A stretch of 64,000 bases of DNA from Octopus vulgaris. Taxonomy: Eukaryota. Where the stretch lies: the NCBI GenBank assembly GCA_951406725.2, contig OX597815.1:184574001-184638000 (forward strand). The letters are read 5' to 3'. Below are positions 38,986 to 52,468 of the stretch, in pieces. Below the pieces are notes generated by a model. The model was not told the DNA's origin. It did not search any database and was given only the letters and a program-made list of their open reading frames with translations. The position numbers were made by a program, and so were the translations under genes. How positions within the stretch are numbered: position 1 is the first letter of the stretch; every line of letters begins with the position of its first letter.

Positions 38986-40221
38986 CCCTGGTGGAATTTT
39001 GAACCCAACCCTGCATCTAGGAATCTGTGGTTAGTTATGCTGTTAATTTATATATATTTTGAATTATTATTTGATATTTAACCTGTAACTTGTTTCAGTC
39101 ACTGGGTTGCGGTCATACTGGGTCACCGGCTTAAAGGAGTTTAAGGGGCTTTATAGTCAGTCGAACAGATTCGACTCCAGTACTCATTTTCTAAGTCTAG
39201 TAGCTACTCTGCTGGGGAATTCTTTCGTCGAGTCGATAAGTTAGGGGGACGTAAACGAACCATCACCGGTCGTCAAGTAGACACACACATACGGCGGGCT
39301 TCAGGACATTGAGACTGCACATGAAGCCATGCGGTTGCAAAGTAAATTTCATAACCCTGTGACCATGTAAGTTTTTTGTAGACTGAGGGGTAATTTTACC
39401 TGAGAACTTTATTTAGTTTGCTTCATTTGATATTTGATTTTGGAAGCATTTCTTCCCATAGCACGAGTTTTAAACCTAATGTTTTCCGAGGAAAATACAT
39501 CTTACTTTAGGGTTTTCAAGAAATAGTCTGCTTTGCATTTACACAATTTGGATATATTTTTGGTAAATAGCAACGTTTCCGTGAGTATATCACATACCTG
39601 TTTCAATAAATTAAGAATGTAGTTAAAGGTTCAATAGAATGGAGCCTAATATTGAGCTCGTTTGGTTATGTCTAGTTACACCAACATTTGAATAAAAAAT
39701 ACAATTTGCAGAATGCTGATTAGCAGTTATTTGTTCAGAGAAATTGTAACGAATTTGCAATTTTAACTTTTTAATTAGAATGCGTTTGAACATTGCGGAA
39801 ATGTTTTCAAACGTTGATCGAAATACTACGCTTGCATGATTCTTTTTTCGATACACAGCAAATCAACGCAATTTCACTTGTCTTTTAAAATTTAAATATA
39901 AATAATTCGCATCGCTAAACAAGCTACTTTTAACATTTAATGTACTATTTACATTAAGAAAAAATATAATCCATAAAAATAACCAGTAACATTCAGACTA
40001 CATCCAGTAACAAACTACCAGAAAGTAAGCTGCTGCACAAATCTATAAATAGTCGATAAAACTACTTAACATGGATTCCTAACGACACTTATCACATGAC
40101 ATTATGAGAAAACAGATACAAATATTCAAACTATGACTAATACAGATGGCCGACAAATTATACATGACCATGATTTGAAAATTGGAATTCACTATTCACC
40201 CTCCAATAGCCATATGTTATA

Positions 40222-40636
40222 TATTTCTTTGCTACCCACAAAGGGATAAACACAGAGAGGACAAACAAGGATAGACAAACGGATTAAGTCGATTATATCG
40301 ACCTCAGTACGCAACTGGTACTTTATTTATCGACCCTGAAAGGATGAAAGGCAAAGTCAACCTCGGCGGAATTTGAACTCAGAACGTAAAGACAGACGAA
40401 ATACATGTTTCTTTACTACCCACAAGGAGCTAAACACAGAGGAGACAAACAAGGACAGACAAACGGATTAAGTCGTTTACATCGACCCCAGTGCGTAACT
40501 GGTACTTAATTTATCGACCCCGAAAGGATGAAAGGCAAAGTTGTCCTCGGTGGAATTTGAACTCAGAACATAACGGCAGACGAAGTACGGCTACGCATTT
40601 CGCCCTGCGTGCTAACGTTTCTGCCACTCACGCCGC
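40222..40636 (-). mobile_element. SINE A dimer with one TSD
   Basis: AATAGCCATATGTTATAT at about 40205 and 40638; junction near 40405. Confidence 0.9.
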
Positions 40637-41255
40637 GAATAGCCATATGTTATATTTAAGATAGTAATGGAAAGCTGAACCTAAATTTTTTATAATCAAA
40701 GTGACGCCATTATTCGACACAATCATATCTAAATCTAAGAAAATATCACAATTACAGAGATGGTATAGCCGATAATAAAATAGATATAAATTATCACAAG
40801 TACTGAGATAAAATATTACAGCATTTATTTCACCAAACAAGAACACTATTAATTCATAATGAAATAATTTCTTTTGATTACTTGCTAACATTCACGTTCT
40901 GAAATTACTCAACAAGTGCTCAGAAATAAATGAATTAAGATAAAAGAATATTTAGATAATAAAAGTAACTTAACATTTTCTTTCTTGTCAGTAGGAGAGT
41001 GAATGATTCTGCTGAAATTAATGAACTCACAGATGAATATTTACTATTTGAATTAAGAATTATGTCTTTCCGTATTGAAAGATGTTTGTACAAAAAGTAT
41101 GTTATCACTCTGGAGATTTAAATGACTCCATAACAAAGAGTTAGCAATGGAAAAATTATAGCTGCGTTATGCAGAATTTTGTCTATTATTTAAATAAGAC
41201 TAACCTTACTTAACACTGCTAATTTCATGGGCATTATTAAAGCTAACTTTTTCTA

Positions 41256-41627
41256 AGACGGCGAGCTAGCAGAAACGTTAGAATACCGGGCAAAATGCTT
41301 AGCAGTATTTCGTCTGTCGTTACTTTCTGAGTTCAAATTCCACCGAGGTCGACTTTGCCTTTCATCCTTTCGGGGTCGATAAATTAATCGAGTTAATCCC
41401 TTTACCTGTCCTTGTTTGTCCTTTATATGTTTAGCCCCTTGAGGGCAATAGAGAAATAAGAAATCTTAGCATGTCGGGCGAAATGCTTAACTGTCTTTTG
41501 TCTGTCTTTAAGTCCTGAGTTCAAATTCCGCCGTTGTCGACTTTCGGGGTCGATAAAAGTAAGTACCAGTTGCGTACTGGGGTCGATCTAATCTTCCCCC
41601 AAATTTTCGGGCTTTGTGCCTAGAGCA
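41256..41627 (+). mobile_element. SINE A joined at the AGAAA.TTAGC head site to a second SINE A
   Basis: Tail GGGCAATAGAGAAATA (ends 41458) is followed directly by AGAAATCTTAGCATGTCGGGCGAAATGC. Confidence 0.85.
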
Positions 41628-41705
41628 GAGACGATTAAAGCTAACTTTTTGAAGGTTCCGTATCGCAAATTTAAGGAGATTTATGAACTGCAACACGATA
41701 TTTAG

Positions 41706-41744
<39 letters not shown>

Positions 41745-41796
41745 GTCTCCCTCTCTCCCTCCTAATCTCTTTCCCCCTCTCTCTCTCCCTCTCCCC

Positions 41797-41832
<36 letters not shown>

Positions 41833-42194
41833 GACGATTTAGGCGGTTTGCCATTTTGAAGGTTGAAGTCTTTATTCCTACATTGATCAACCGCTAATTT
41901 GTTTTGCACCGCCTATATTTATAACGCATATCACTTTACATGTAATCTTTATTTATATCTGATTTTATATGTATTTTTATATACTTTTATATTTCTTCTA
42001 TATTTTTTATCTATCTTTGGTTTTATCTTTTATACCTTTGGAGAATCTTTACGCCTGTACGTGCATTATTTATGTTGATGTGCATAAGTATATAGGATTC
42101 AATTACATTGATTGAATATCTTCATTTATGCGTTCGGGAATCTGTTTACCTGATTTGCATTTTCAAATATAGGTTTTCCAATATATATATACAC

Positions 42195-42253
<59 letters not shown>

Positions 42254-42738
42254 AGAGAATGTGGTATAGAATCGCTAAGCAATGGTGTGTATAGATACAA
42301 ACTTGCTACCAGTTCGAACATGCCCGTAAGAAAACCATTCACACTGTAGACAAATGGGTGTAAACACACAAAAGCAGTCGAATGCCTTTTTAACCAGAAG
42401 TGACGGATGCATGCATTTCGGAGAAGGCATTCTCAAAGTAAAAGAAACAATGAAGTCTAATGTACACGTTTGGCCAAAAGTTACCCGACAGTAAATCAAA
42501 ATACCATCATTACTTAATATTCAATTATTTTTATTCATTCCAATATGAAAGTTTATTAATTGAATGTTGTGAGTTAAAATCACCGTTTTTTAAAAATTTC
42601 TCTATTACCGAAATCTCATATCAAATAATTTTTATTTGTTTTAAGAAGCTTGGAATTAAATGGGTTTTCATTTATTGTCATGTGACATTGGGACAAATCT
42701 GTATATATTAAGATTACATTACTTAACAATACAATTCT

Positions 42739-43392
42739 ACAAGATGCGTTCAAAAATATTCAAAGTATTTTTTTCCCGTCAACTCTAATGCCGCGTGCAC
42801 AAAATCCTTTGAGTGCGAGGTGAGGCTGCCATTCCTTCACGGGACCTGAGAATGTTGGCGCCGGTCGGCTGCGTCAGTCGTCGGCCGTTACACCTACTGT
42901 ACAGACACGTGTTGTGTACGATTTTCAAGTTTTCGTTTTCATCAAACGCATCGAGCAGAAATATTTCAGAAGCTTGGTAATAATCAAATACAAATAATCC
43001 AGAGATTCAGAAGGCATAACAGACGGGAGCTGACGAGGCCTACCGGCGCAAACATTTCTTATTTCTTTGTTGCCCACAAGGGGATAAGCCGAGAGGGGGA
43101 CAAACAAGGTCAGACAAAGGGATTAAGTCGATTACATCGACGCCAGTATGCAACTGGTACGCAACCGAAAGGATGAAAGGCAAAGTCGACCTCGGCGAAA
43201 TTTGAACTCAGAACGTAACGGCAGACGAAATACCGCTAAGTATTTCGCCTGGTGTGCTAATGTTTGCCGGCGCAAACATTTCTAGCATGCTCAGGAAGGG
43301 TGATATCACCTCTCATCTAAAGGGTTTTACCCACGTGGCATTAATTTGGGCGAGAAAAAATATAAACGGATACTTTTTGGACGTACCTCGTA
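42739..43392 (+). mobile_element. Mariner-derived non-autonomous element with long degenerate TIRs, containing a SINE A (43060-43266, minus)
   Basis: TACAAGATGCGTTCAAAAA vs TTTTTGGACGTACCTCGTA; RIEQKYF..KLG N-terminal remnant; SINE TSD CCGGCGCAAACATTTCT at 43043-43059 and 43267-43283. Confidence 0.75.
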
Positions 43393-43947
43393 CATATAAA
43401 AATGAATGATACGTTATTATTTATTTGTTTTTATCGTAAGAAGCTAACATACGCTTAAATAAATAAATAAATAAGAAACATTTGCGATAAATAACAGAAT
43501 ATTTATGGTAACAAAGTTGTCAGGGGTAATCAAATATGAAGCAAAATAATACATTCGGTATCTAAAGCTCGCGTGTATAATCTGAATATTTAATAACAAT
43601 TCATGTTACTTGGTTCAACAGAAAACATTTTTTGTATAATTAGGAAGATTATAAAGAGGTATTGAGAAAATGTATTTACACAGAATAACATAATTAATAT
43701 ATTAATTTTAAGGGAATAAATACAAGACCATCAATGAAATTATAAACAGAAAATAAAATTAGACAGTGTGGTAAAGTAATTTAATAGCTAATTGATAGGT
43801 AATTTTGAAAGAATTTGTTTTTATTTGGAGATAAGTATATAAGAAAACAAGACGTTTGCTTTCACGTAATTTCTTATAAGGATTTCTTATAGACAGACTG
43901 AATATGGTATTAAAAAAAATTAAGAATAAATCTGGTCAAGATAATTA

Positions 43948-44117
43948 TGTTGTGTCTGGGGAGAGTCATTTTCTTTTTTCTGCCTTATAATGTAACACAC
44001 TCACCGGTAAAATTTCCACATATTTCTTATTTTTATTTTCCTAAAATTTTCGTTGTGTCTTTGCAACCTTTTCAATTATAAGGCACAAAAAGAAAATGAC
44101 TCTCCCCAGACACAACA
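43948..44117. repeat. Inverted repeat, arms about 44 bp
   Basis: TGTTGTGTCTGGGGAGAGTCATTTTCTTTTT..GCCTTATAAT mirrored at 44075-44117. Confidence 0.9.
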
Positions 44118-45014
44118 GAACATGCTTCAACACACGAACTCATATAAAGAATCTTGCAAACCACATCCAAAAACGAAATAGTCACGATAACTTATCCTAA
44201 AATCAAATTTCTCGATATCATAATTGCGAAATTTGCAAGCTAAGTGAGCGAAGCAGATAGAATCAAAGCTGAAGGCCTTCTGCTCATACTTAACCCAAAC
44301 AGAGCATTTAAGAAAATCGAATGTTATGTGCATTCATCCACTCATTCATATATATTTCCAATCTTACATTCACTCTCTCTCTCTCTCACACACACACGTA
44401 TATATTCATATTTTTATATGCGTATATACATGCAAAGATATATCGCTATGCATATAAGTATACATGAAAAAATGCATATTACAAAGTCAGTCTACAAATG
44501 CTGAAATATAGGTCGAATCAATAACTGAAAATGAATGCGAATATATGGAAGAAAACGTAGTCGAGGCGTGAGTAGAGTAGAGCGATTTTTAGATAATATT
44601 TTCTCATTTGTTAATCCATCAAGAAAGATAATCGATTTAACTTTTAATAGTTTTGATTATCGGACGTAATCAATCTGGATCGCCTGTTTAATATTTGTAT
44701 ATATCTGATTAAATATTGATATTTTGTGTAGTTCACTTTTATATTTTATTCGTTTCAGTCATTACACTGCGGCCATGCTGGGGCACGGCGATCGACAATA
44801 TGACCCAAGTATTTATTATTTTTAAATCTTAATACCTATTCTATCGGAAACTGTAAGAAGCCCGTTATATGTATATACACACACACACATATATATATAT
44901 CACGTGATCACGTGACAGACCAGACCATCAGATGCTGTTACACATCGCTGGTCACAATGCGTTCGCATTGTTTTAGCCTCGAATGACGCCACCCCGCTGG
45001 CTAAGCGAACAGGC

Positions 45015-45067
<53 letters not shown>

Positions 45068-45096
45068 ATGTGTGTGTGTGTGTGTGTGTGGTGTGT

Positions 45097-45342
45097 GGAG
45101 GCGCGTGGCTTAGTGGTTAGGGCGTCAGTATCACGATCGTAGGATTGTGGTTTCGATTCCTGGACCGGGCGACGCGTTGTGTTCTTGAGCAATACAGTTC
45201 ATTTCACGTTGCTCCAGTTCACTCAGCTGGCAAAAGTGAGTAACGCTGCGATGGACTGGCGTCCCGTCCAGCTGGGGAACACATACGCCATAGAAACCGG
45301 GAAACCGGGCCCATGAGCCTGGCTAGGCTTTTAAAAGGGCAC
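45097..45342 (+). mobile_element. SINE with family D head/CORE-like part and a V-domain-like 3' part
   Basis: TGGCTTAGTGG, GGTTTCGATTCC, TTCTTGAGCAA..; then CTGCGATGGACTGGCGTCCCGTCCAG. Confidence 0.8.
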
Positions 45343-45348
45343 ATTTAT

Positions 45349-45397
<49 letters not shown>

Positions 45398-45721
45398 CCT
45401 CTTTTAGGCTTAGCAGACCTTCCTGTTTGTTTTCACTGTTCTGTTTGTGTTACCTATTTTGACACTCCGCAAAATTCCAAATTTTATTTAATTTGCATTG
45501 CGGGAGCAACTGTTTTATCGAAAGCGTATATTGTTGTTAAATGCTCGAAATACGAGACTAGAAAAACAGCGAACAACTGATGAATTGTCGTTCTTTATGT
45601 TTTTGTGGGTTTTTTTCCATTTGTGTCTTTCGTTGCTTGAAAGAACAGTTCATGTTCTATGTACTTGTGCTTCGCACTTTTTTGCTGTACACGTTTCATG
45701 ACGTCCTCTGCTCACATATGC

Positions 45722-45752
<31 letters not shown>

Positions 45753-45869
45753 TAATAAATTCAGGGTGAATACTTCATAAGTGTTAGCACCTACATATGC
45801 CAGCTAGAAGCAGAGGTGAGAGGGTATATGCATCAAATGAAATAAAAAAAACAGAACACAAAGGATATC

Positions 45870-45961
45870 GCGGTACACGTGTTTCAAGCTTTATAAAACA
45901 ACCTATTCTTACATCAATGTATAATCGACATAACAGATGATTTAAAGCTCTCTTCAGCCGC
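45870..45961 (-). ncRNA. Putative type-I hammerhead ribozyme in a Penelope-terminus-like element (45762-46207)
   Basis: Minus: gcgg-CUGAAGA-gagcuuua..(long loop)..uaaagcuu-GAAAC-acgu-GUA-ccgc; complete core, palindromic stem III ACACGUGU. Confidence 0.75.
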
Positions 45962-46201
45962 ATGCAATTGCTATACCAAAGACTTGCATCACATTATGAA
46001 AAATCCGAAAATGTACATTTGGTATTATTTATAATGGTGGGTGTATTGAGTTTAACTGAGAAAGTATGTTTGTAAATCTTCTTAATCAAATAGGTGTGTA
46101 GGGTATCATTGGACTTCGAAAATCCGTCCATACTGTATCATCAGTCAACATAGAGTGAATGTACGGCGATATCCTTTGTGTTTTGTTTGTTATTTAATTT
46201 G

Positions 46202-46248
<47 letters not shown>

Positions 46249-47434
46249 GGTATGTATATTCGCGATGGGCTTCTTTCTACCAAATGCACTCACAAAGAAT
46301 TGACAGGCCTAGGGTATAGTGGTTATAGTAGAAGACACTTACTCAATGGGCCACGCACTGGGGGCCGAAACCGAAGCCATATGTTTGGGAAACAAACTTC
46401 TTACTACGCAGTCATGCCTGCTCTTATATATCTGTTTATTATAATATTAATGTTAGAATTTATTGTCTTTTCTTCAATGCATTAGTTACAAATTTTCTGA
46501 TCTACTATCTTTAGAGTCACTTATTTAATCATGTTCTATTTCTGGGGTTTAATTATTGGAGGTCGTAAGCATTAAATTTGTCCCAGAAATATGAGTCAAT
46601 ACACACACCTAGAAATAGGCAAGCAACAGAAAACGGCGACAGGCACACTCAAAAATGGCACTTTCAGAGATTGAAATATAACTCAGTTACCAACGATAAG
46701 TAGAAGCACGGGAATAAACGCAAGACAGGTGAAAATATAAAACGAACCATGAGGCCGTCTAAAGATTTGAAAACGTGTCATGTCTGCATTAGTAGAGATG
46801 ACAACTATTGGAAGAAAATATCTCACTGACTGCAGACTCAAAGAAGGTAAGTGAAAACCAAATAAACAACTCCAGTCTGTGTTAACGTATTAGTTGGGTG
46901 ACAAGTAGATAAAAAAAAAACACAAACGGTAAGAACCAGACGAATAATCATTCACGTAGACACAAATACACGTGCGCGCGCGCAAATACGTATATACATA
47001 TGCAAAGAGAAATACGTATGTTTATGCGTGTGTTTGATGTACTGAGATCTATAATTGCTTGTCGTAGTAGCGATGTCGGTAGTGTGTAAGTCAATGGAGG
47101 GGGCGTGATACGTGGATGGAAGAGAAATAAGAAGTTGACAAAGTATAAGTTTCTTTAACTTAGATTAAGAAAGAAATATCGAAAGATTTAACGCAGACAT
47201 CATGGTGCAAAATCGAGTGCTAAAGGTTATCTCCGTAGATTCAATTTTTAAAAAAGTCACAGATATTCTAAAACAATGGAGCGAAAGCAATGTGAATAGT
47301 ACAGTTTGGTTGTATCAAAATTATAAATGCAATTTTAGTTGCAATATTTAAAATGCTTGTTAGCGCGTTTGACTGGAAATTAGGTATTTAAATTAAGTGA
47401 TATATATGTGTATTTACATATACATATATTATGG

Positions 47435-47810
47435 AAGCACTCCGTCGGTTACGACGACGAGGGTTCCGGTTGATCCGATCAACAGCCTGCTCGTGAAATT
47501 AACGTGCAAGTGGCTGAGCACTCCACAGACACGTGTACTCTTAACGTAGTTCTCGGGGATATTCAGCGTGACACAGAGAGTGACAAGGCCGGCCCTTTGA
47601 AATACAGGTACAACAGAAACAGGAAGTAAGAGTGAGAGAAAGTTGTGATGAAAGAGTACAGCAGGGATCACCACCATCCCCTGCCGGAGCCTCGTGGAGC
47701 TTTAGGTGTTTTCGCTCAATAAACACTCACAACGCCCGGTCTGGGAATCGAAACCGCGATCCAACGACTGCGAGTCTGCTGCCCTAATCACTGGGCCATT
47801 GCGCCTCCAC
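47435..47810 (-). mobile_element. SINE family C, full length
   Basis: Colinear with 6296-6635. Confidence 0.9.
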
Positions 47811-48579
47811 ATATACATATATTATGTACACACACACACACACACACACACATACATTATCTAGGAGGGATTGCAGTATGTATGCCCGTGCCAAATTCGC
47901 TGAGACTGGTTCGACAGAGAGGTAAGTTATCCTCAAACAGGTTTCTGAAGCCAATGCTTGCCCAATGTTCACTCTGCTATGGGCACACAAGGTGTCAGAT
48001 TATTGTGTGTTAACCCCTTGACGCTGGTATTACCCGAAGCTTGCGAGACACTGCTCCGGCTTTTTTTTTATCTAATGAGGCCACACAATCACACAAGTGC
48101 CAACGAGCTAGCATCTATTTACGTTCACCGTTACAATAACATAGCGTCGTACATTTACGTCTGCCAGTTTATGAAAACGAACTATGTGAAGCTATTCATC
48201 ATAATATGATATGCACGAGTTATTCTGCTCAAGTTCAGAAAATAGCTTGCGTGTGGTACAACTCAAAACACGGTATTATGCATGTAAAGTATCCGCATGT
48301 CATTGGTCAACTGCTAGTCTCATGACTTGAAAGTAACCCTAAATAGCTAAGATAATGCACGGGACGGTGAGCGCGCGTACCTCAAGAGATAAAATATGCG
48401 ATAGTGAACGTAATCATACGTCAGCCGCTAAAAAGTCCGTGATAGATGTAGGGCAGCTCTACATCGTATATTTACGTTAACCGCGGGTAAGCAAGCGAAA
48501 GTGTGATCGCATATTTGCGTCAACCGTTGTCAAGGCAATCGTTCTAAGTCTGGCACTCAGTGTTGGACCTACATATATT

Positions 48580-48733
48580 TATAACTGTTAAACAGGACGT
48601 CGAACATTAAGACAAAGCAAACATCTCAAGTCATATACAATATTATTATAGAAAGAAATTCCTATAATATTAATGCATATGACTTGAGATATTTGCCTTA
48701 CCTTAATATTTGACGTCCTGTTTAACAGTTATA
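48580..48733. repeat. Imperfect hairpin, arms about 70 bp
   Basis: TATAACTGTTAAACAGGACGTC..ATCTCAAGTCATAT mirrored; TATATTTATAACTGTTA also repeated directly at 48873-48889. Confidence 0.85.
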
Positions 48734-50332
48734 TATCCGCTGCTTCGGAAATCTGCAATGGCTCCGTAACTATCATCTTGGCTATAACCTTGGAGCCCCA
48801 GTGATCCGTTACAGCACTTACTTAGAGTACCTAATCGGTTAGACTACCTGTGAACTAAACCCCCATACTTTGTATATTTATAACTGTTATGAATCAACGT
48901 TGTAGCATGCCACTTACTGTATTTCCTTCATTAGAACTGTGGTTTCATTTCATATAAAGTAATCTTTGATAAAATAAATAAAGCTTGCGTACAATGCTTT
49001 GAGATATTTCAAAGAGTCGTTGACGTGACTCTGCGTAATAATATTGAGAATGCACCATGTTTTGAATTCGTTCTCTAGTTGAAATAGAGAAAAGCTTTTG
49101 AGATTTTCTTTTGAAAAATTTTAAATAATTTCAGTGAAATAGCCGTAAGAGAATGCTGATGAGAACCAAACTAATATTTTTATCAGCGGCAATCGCAAGT
49201 AGCTCGTTGTATAAAGTATTCACATTTCAGCATATAATGCTGTAACTGTCAAGTTACAAGAGGTAACAGGTGGAAGACAAATATTGTTTTCGAGTAAGTT
49301 TCTTCTTAAGGCTACGTAATTTAGTATTACCTGAAGATTATGGCATTTCAAGAAATAAATCTTACAGTAACGAGAATAATTTCAAAAGAAATGACGCATT
49401 TCATAGTCTTATAATTCTCAAAATAACCTTGTAATGGATAGAGATAAACTGCATTAAAAAGTAGTCCATATTTCAGCTATTCAACATTGTCTTCATCTCA
49501 CAGTATATGTTCCAGCAAAGAGTAAAATGTATATTGTCAGTATAATTAGGATTGATCAAAGTATTTCAATTCTGTTATAATCTTTATTAATTTGTTCTTT
49601 TTTTGGATTTCAGGCTGCATTCTGTCATTCCATAGTTCCTGCTAAGACTTTCAATTTCAGAACTGCCCGAATGAGTCCCGCTAACAAGCAACATTCTACA
49701 TCATTCAAATTCAGGGCAATGACATACATTTCAGAGATGGAAATGTTCTAAGTGAGCCAGGTCATATGACACTGGGGAAGAAGTTTACATAAAACTCTGA
49801 CCCGGAGAGTTTGAACTCAAGTTTACCCACTATGAACTGTGACAACGAATAATGTACGACCACAAGACACTATTCAAGATGTGGCGTGCCACGCACTGTT
49901 CACTACTTATTCCTTGTGATAAGTATCTCACATTATATCATCAGCCAATGGTTGTAAAGTTCACTCCACCCAATTCTGTGAGACTTGGCTTAAAGTGTAA
50001 TCATAGGCAAATCAACTTCTTAATGAAACAGCAATTTGTCACCTCACCATTATAATTATATATCAGGTAACAAATAATTATTTTCAGACTTTCTTTCTGG
50101 AAAATTCTACGTGAACTGAAATCTCAACGCATAGCGAGTTCAATTTTCAACTAAGTAAGCTTCGTGTACGTGTTCATACATTTCTCATCTTCGTATGTAT
50201 TAACTGCGGTTTGTACAAAAATAGTCCTCGGCCTTAAAATAACACCAACACACTTACAATGTATATGATAGATCGCTAGCCACTACACATTCTTTATTTT
50301 CTTATTTTCTCTCCTTGTTTCATTCTGTGTTC

Positions 50333-50368
50333 CTTTCTGTGGAAGAGCGTAGGCTCGAAACGTTAAAG
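50333..50368 (+). ncRNA. Variant minimal hammerhead in a Penelope pLTR-like segment (about 50265-50462)
   Basis: cuuu-CUGUGGA-a-gag-cguagg-cuc-GAAA-cg-UU-aaag; A6 replaced by U. Confidence 0.5.
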
Positions 50369-50970
50369 ACCTTTTCACTTCCCGAGCGTTATACTAATAC
50401 ATCTGTTTGTTGTCTACACCACATGCCTTCGTCCTTTGTTTATTTTTGTGAATTCTCCCCATATGATATATATGTTACATATAATATATATGCATATGTA
50501 TATTTTGTAGATATACTGCATACAGTATATATTATATATGCGTATATATTTGCATACACGTATATAATTTGAATGTCTTATATACACACACACACGCACA
50601 TATATATACACGTATGTATGTTTATAGGTTAGCAAAAAGTGAGGTTCAAGCTCCTTGATATTTATATATCATAAATTGGGGTTGGGTGCGACACAGAAGT
50701 TTTGATATTGAATTAGTGCCTTTGAATATTGTCTAGATATTGTTGATCTTTGGCTCCGCTAGAGAGACCAAACACACATCTAACAATACCATTATTTCTC
50801 GGACTAAATAATGCAATGAAAATAGTGTTTGGTTTCAATTACGTGTGTTATTTCTACCATTTTACTTGAACATATAAAGTGACCTTTTATTAAATTGATG
50901 ATGTTGCATTACGCCCACCATCCAGTTGACGTCTAATTAAATGAATCAACCGAATTTAAAGAAACACGTA

Positions 50971-51202
50971 TTCTTTTACTCTTTTACTTGTTTCAGTCAT
51001 TTGACTGTGGCCATGCTGGGGCACCACATTTAGTCGAACAAATCGACCCCAGGACTTATTCTTGGTAAGCCTAGTACCTATTCTATCTGTCACTTTTGTA
51101 GAACCGCTAGTTTGCAGGGACGTAAACACACCAGCATAGGTTGTCAAGCGATGGTGGGGGACAAACACAAACATACATACACATACAAGCACACACATAC
51201 AT

Positions 51203-51250
<48 letters not shown>

Positions 51251-51406
51251 GACAAGCTTCTTTTAGTTTCCGTCTACCAAATTCGCTCATTTGGTCGGCA
51301 CGAGGCTATAGTAGAAGACACTTACCCAAGGTGCCACGCAGTGGGACTGAATACAGAACCATGTGGTTGGTAAGGAAGCTACTTACCACACAGCCTCTCT
51401 TGCGCC
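50971..51406 (-). mobile_element. SINE family B
   Basis: Reverse of the family B sequence; followed by a degenerate plus-strand SINE A at 51430-51608. Confidence 0.9.
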
Positions 51407-51699
51407 TAATCTTAAACATTATTTCTAAACGTTGGCATTTCTTCCGACTTTACCTACGTTCTAAGTTCAAATTCCATCGAGGTCGACGTTTCCTCTTATC
51501 CTTTCGGGGTTGATAAAATAAGTACCAGTCAAGTACTGGGGTCGATGTGATCGACTGACCCCCTTCCCCAAATTTTCAGGCCTGATGCCTATAGTAGAAA
51601 GGATTATTTGTAAACATCAAACATTAAATTTATAATAGCGTTCCACTTCTTCCGTGACATAAAATAATTTCACTCTTAGTTTCTATTAATGTTATTAAT

Positions 51700-52468
51700 T
51701 ATTAGTTTTATAAAAACGAGAATTTATCCCATTTTATTCTAGAAACCTCATTGAATGCGTCATTTTGTCAGAAAATTCACTTTTAGATGTTCCATTCAAT
51801 ATCCGTATCCGATAAACGGATTTGTCATTTAACACTTGAGAATATTTCGGCAAATTGTATCGGACAGTATTTATGCGTTTCTTTTGATCCTTGATATGTG
51901 GTATATTAATGCGTACATAATTAGAGCTGGACGCTAAATCTATGTTCAACATCGGACTGAATATTGTTAATGAAATATATGAACCATAAAAGAATTTTCA
52001 GACAATTGCCGATCTGTCTATTCCTTGCAAAAGTTAATGTTATCTGTGAATGCCTTAATGGTTGGTGAATAATGCTTTTTTTCCCAAATAGTTTATATAC
52101 AAGCAGAACAAACGCAATTATTTATGTTCTCCAGAATAACCATATTATTTTAATGACTATGGGCAAAAACATCAGCACAACCAAAATATAATTAAAATAT
52201 TAATGTCGCAAACAATATTTTATGTTTCCAAAGAGGAGCCAACATTTGTATAAATTGTGAAGTGAATTAGCTTTCTCAATGGTTGTACATCACAGAAGCT
52301 CAAAATTCCCATTTACAGTTAGTTATATATCGTTTCACTAAGAACTTTTTTTATGCCACCACCGCTGATTATTGAAAGTAAATGACACATTTATAAAGGA
52401 AACTAGGACATGCTATCGTGCAATTCGAGCATCTTTGAGTCTTATCGGTTATGGTATCTTTTACCATA
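51700..52468 (-). mobile_element. Decayed L2/Crack-like ORF2 C-terminus
   Basis: ORF 51734-51952 ..RINTVRYNLPKY..DKMTHSMRF resembles the +RY.+P..+.....K+.THS..GF C-terminal pattern. Confidence 0.35.

Noticed and set aside
43027-43058. CTGACGAGGCCTACCGGCGCAAAC hammerhead-like string
   Set aside because: GAAA is broken, no stem I, and it is the mirror of 42851-42885 within the mariner-derived TIR.
45505-45570. Possible degenerate hammerhead (also about 25010-25100 and 16160-16180)
   Set aside because: Core or stem II too damaged to call by eye.
46780-46852. ATG-initiated MSALVEMTTIGRKYLTDCRLKE followed by AG|gtaagt
   Set aside because: Good donor but no recognisable protein or partner exon; needs RNA-seq.
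49590-49761. Acceptor-like site followed by a 45-codon open frame
   Set aside because: No recognisable homology; expected by chance.
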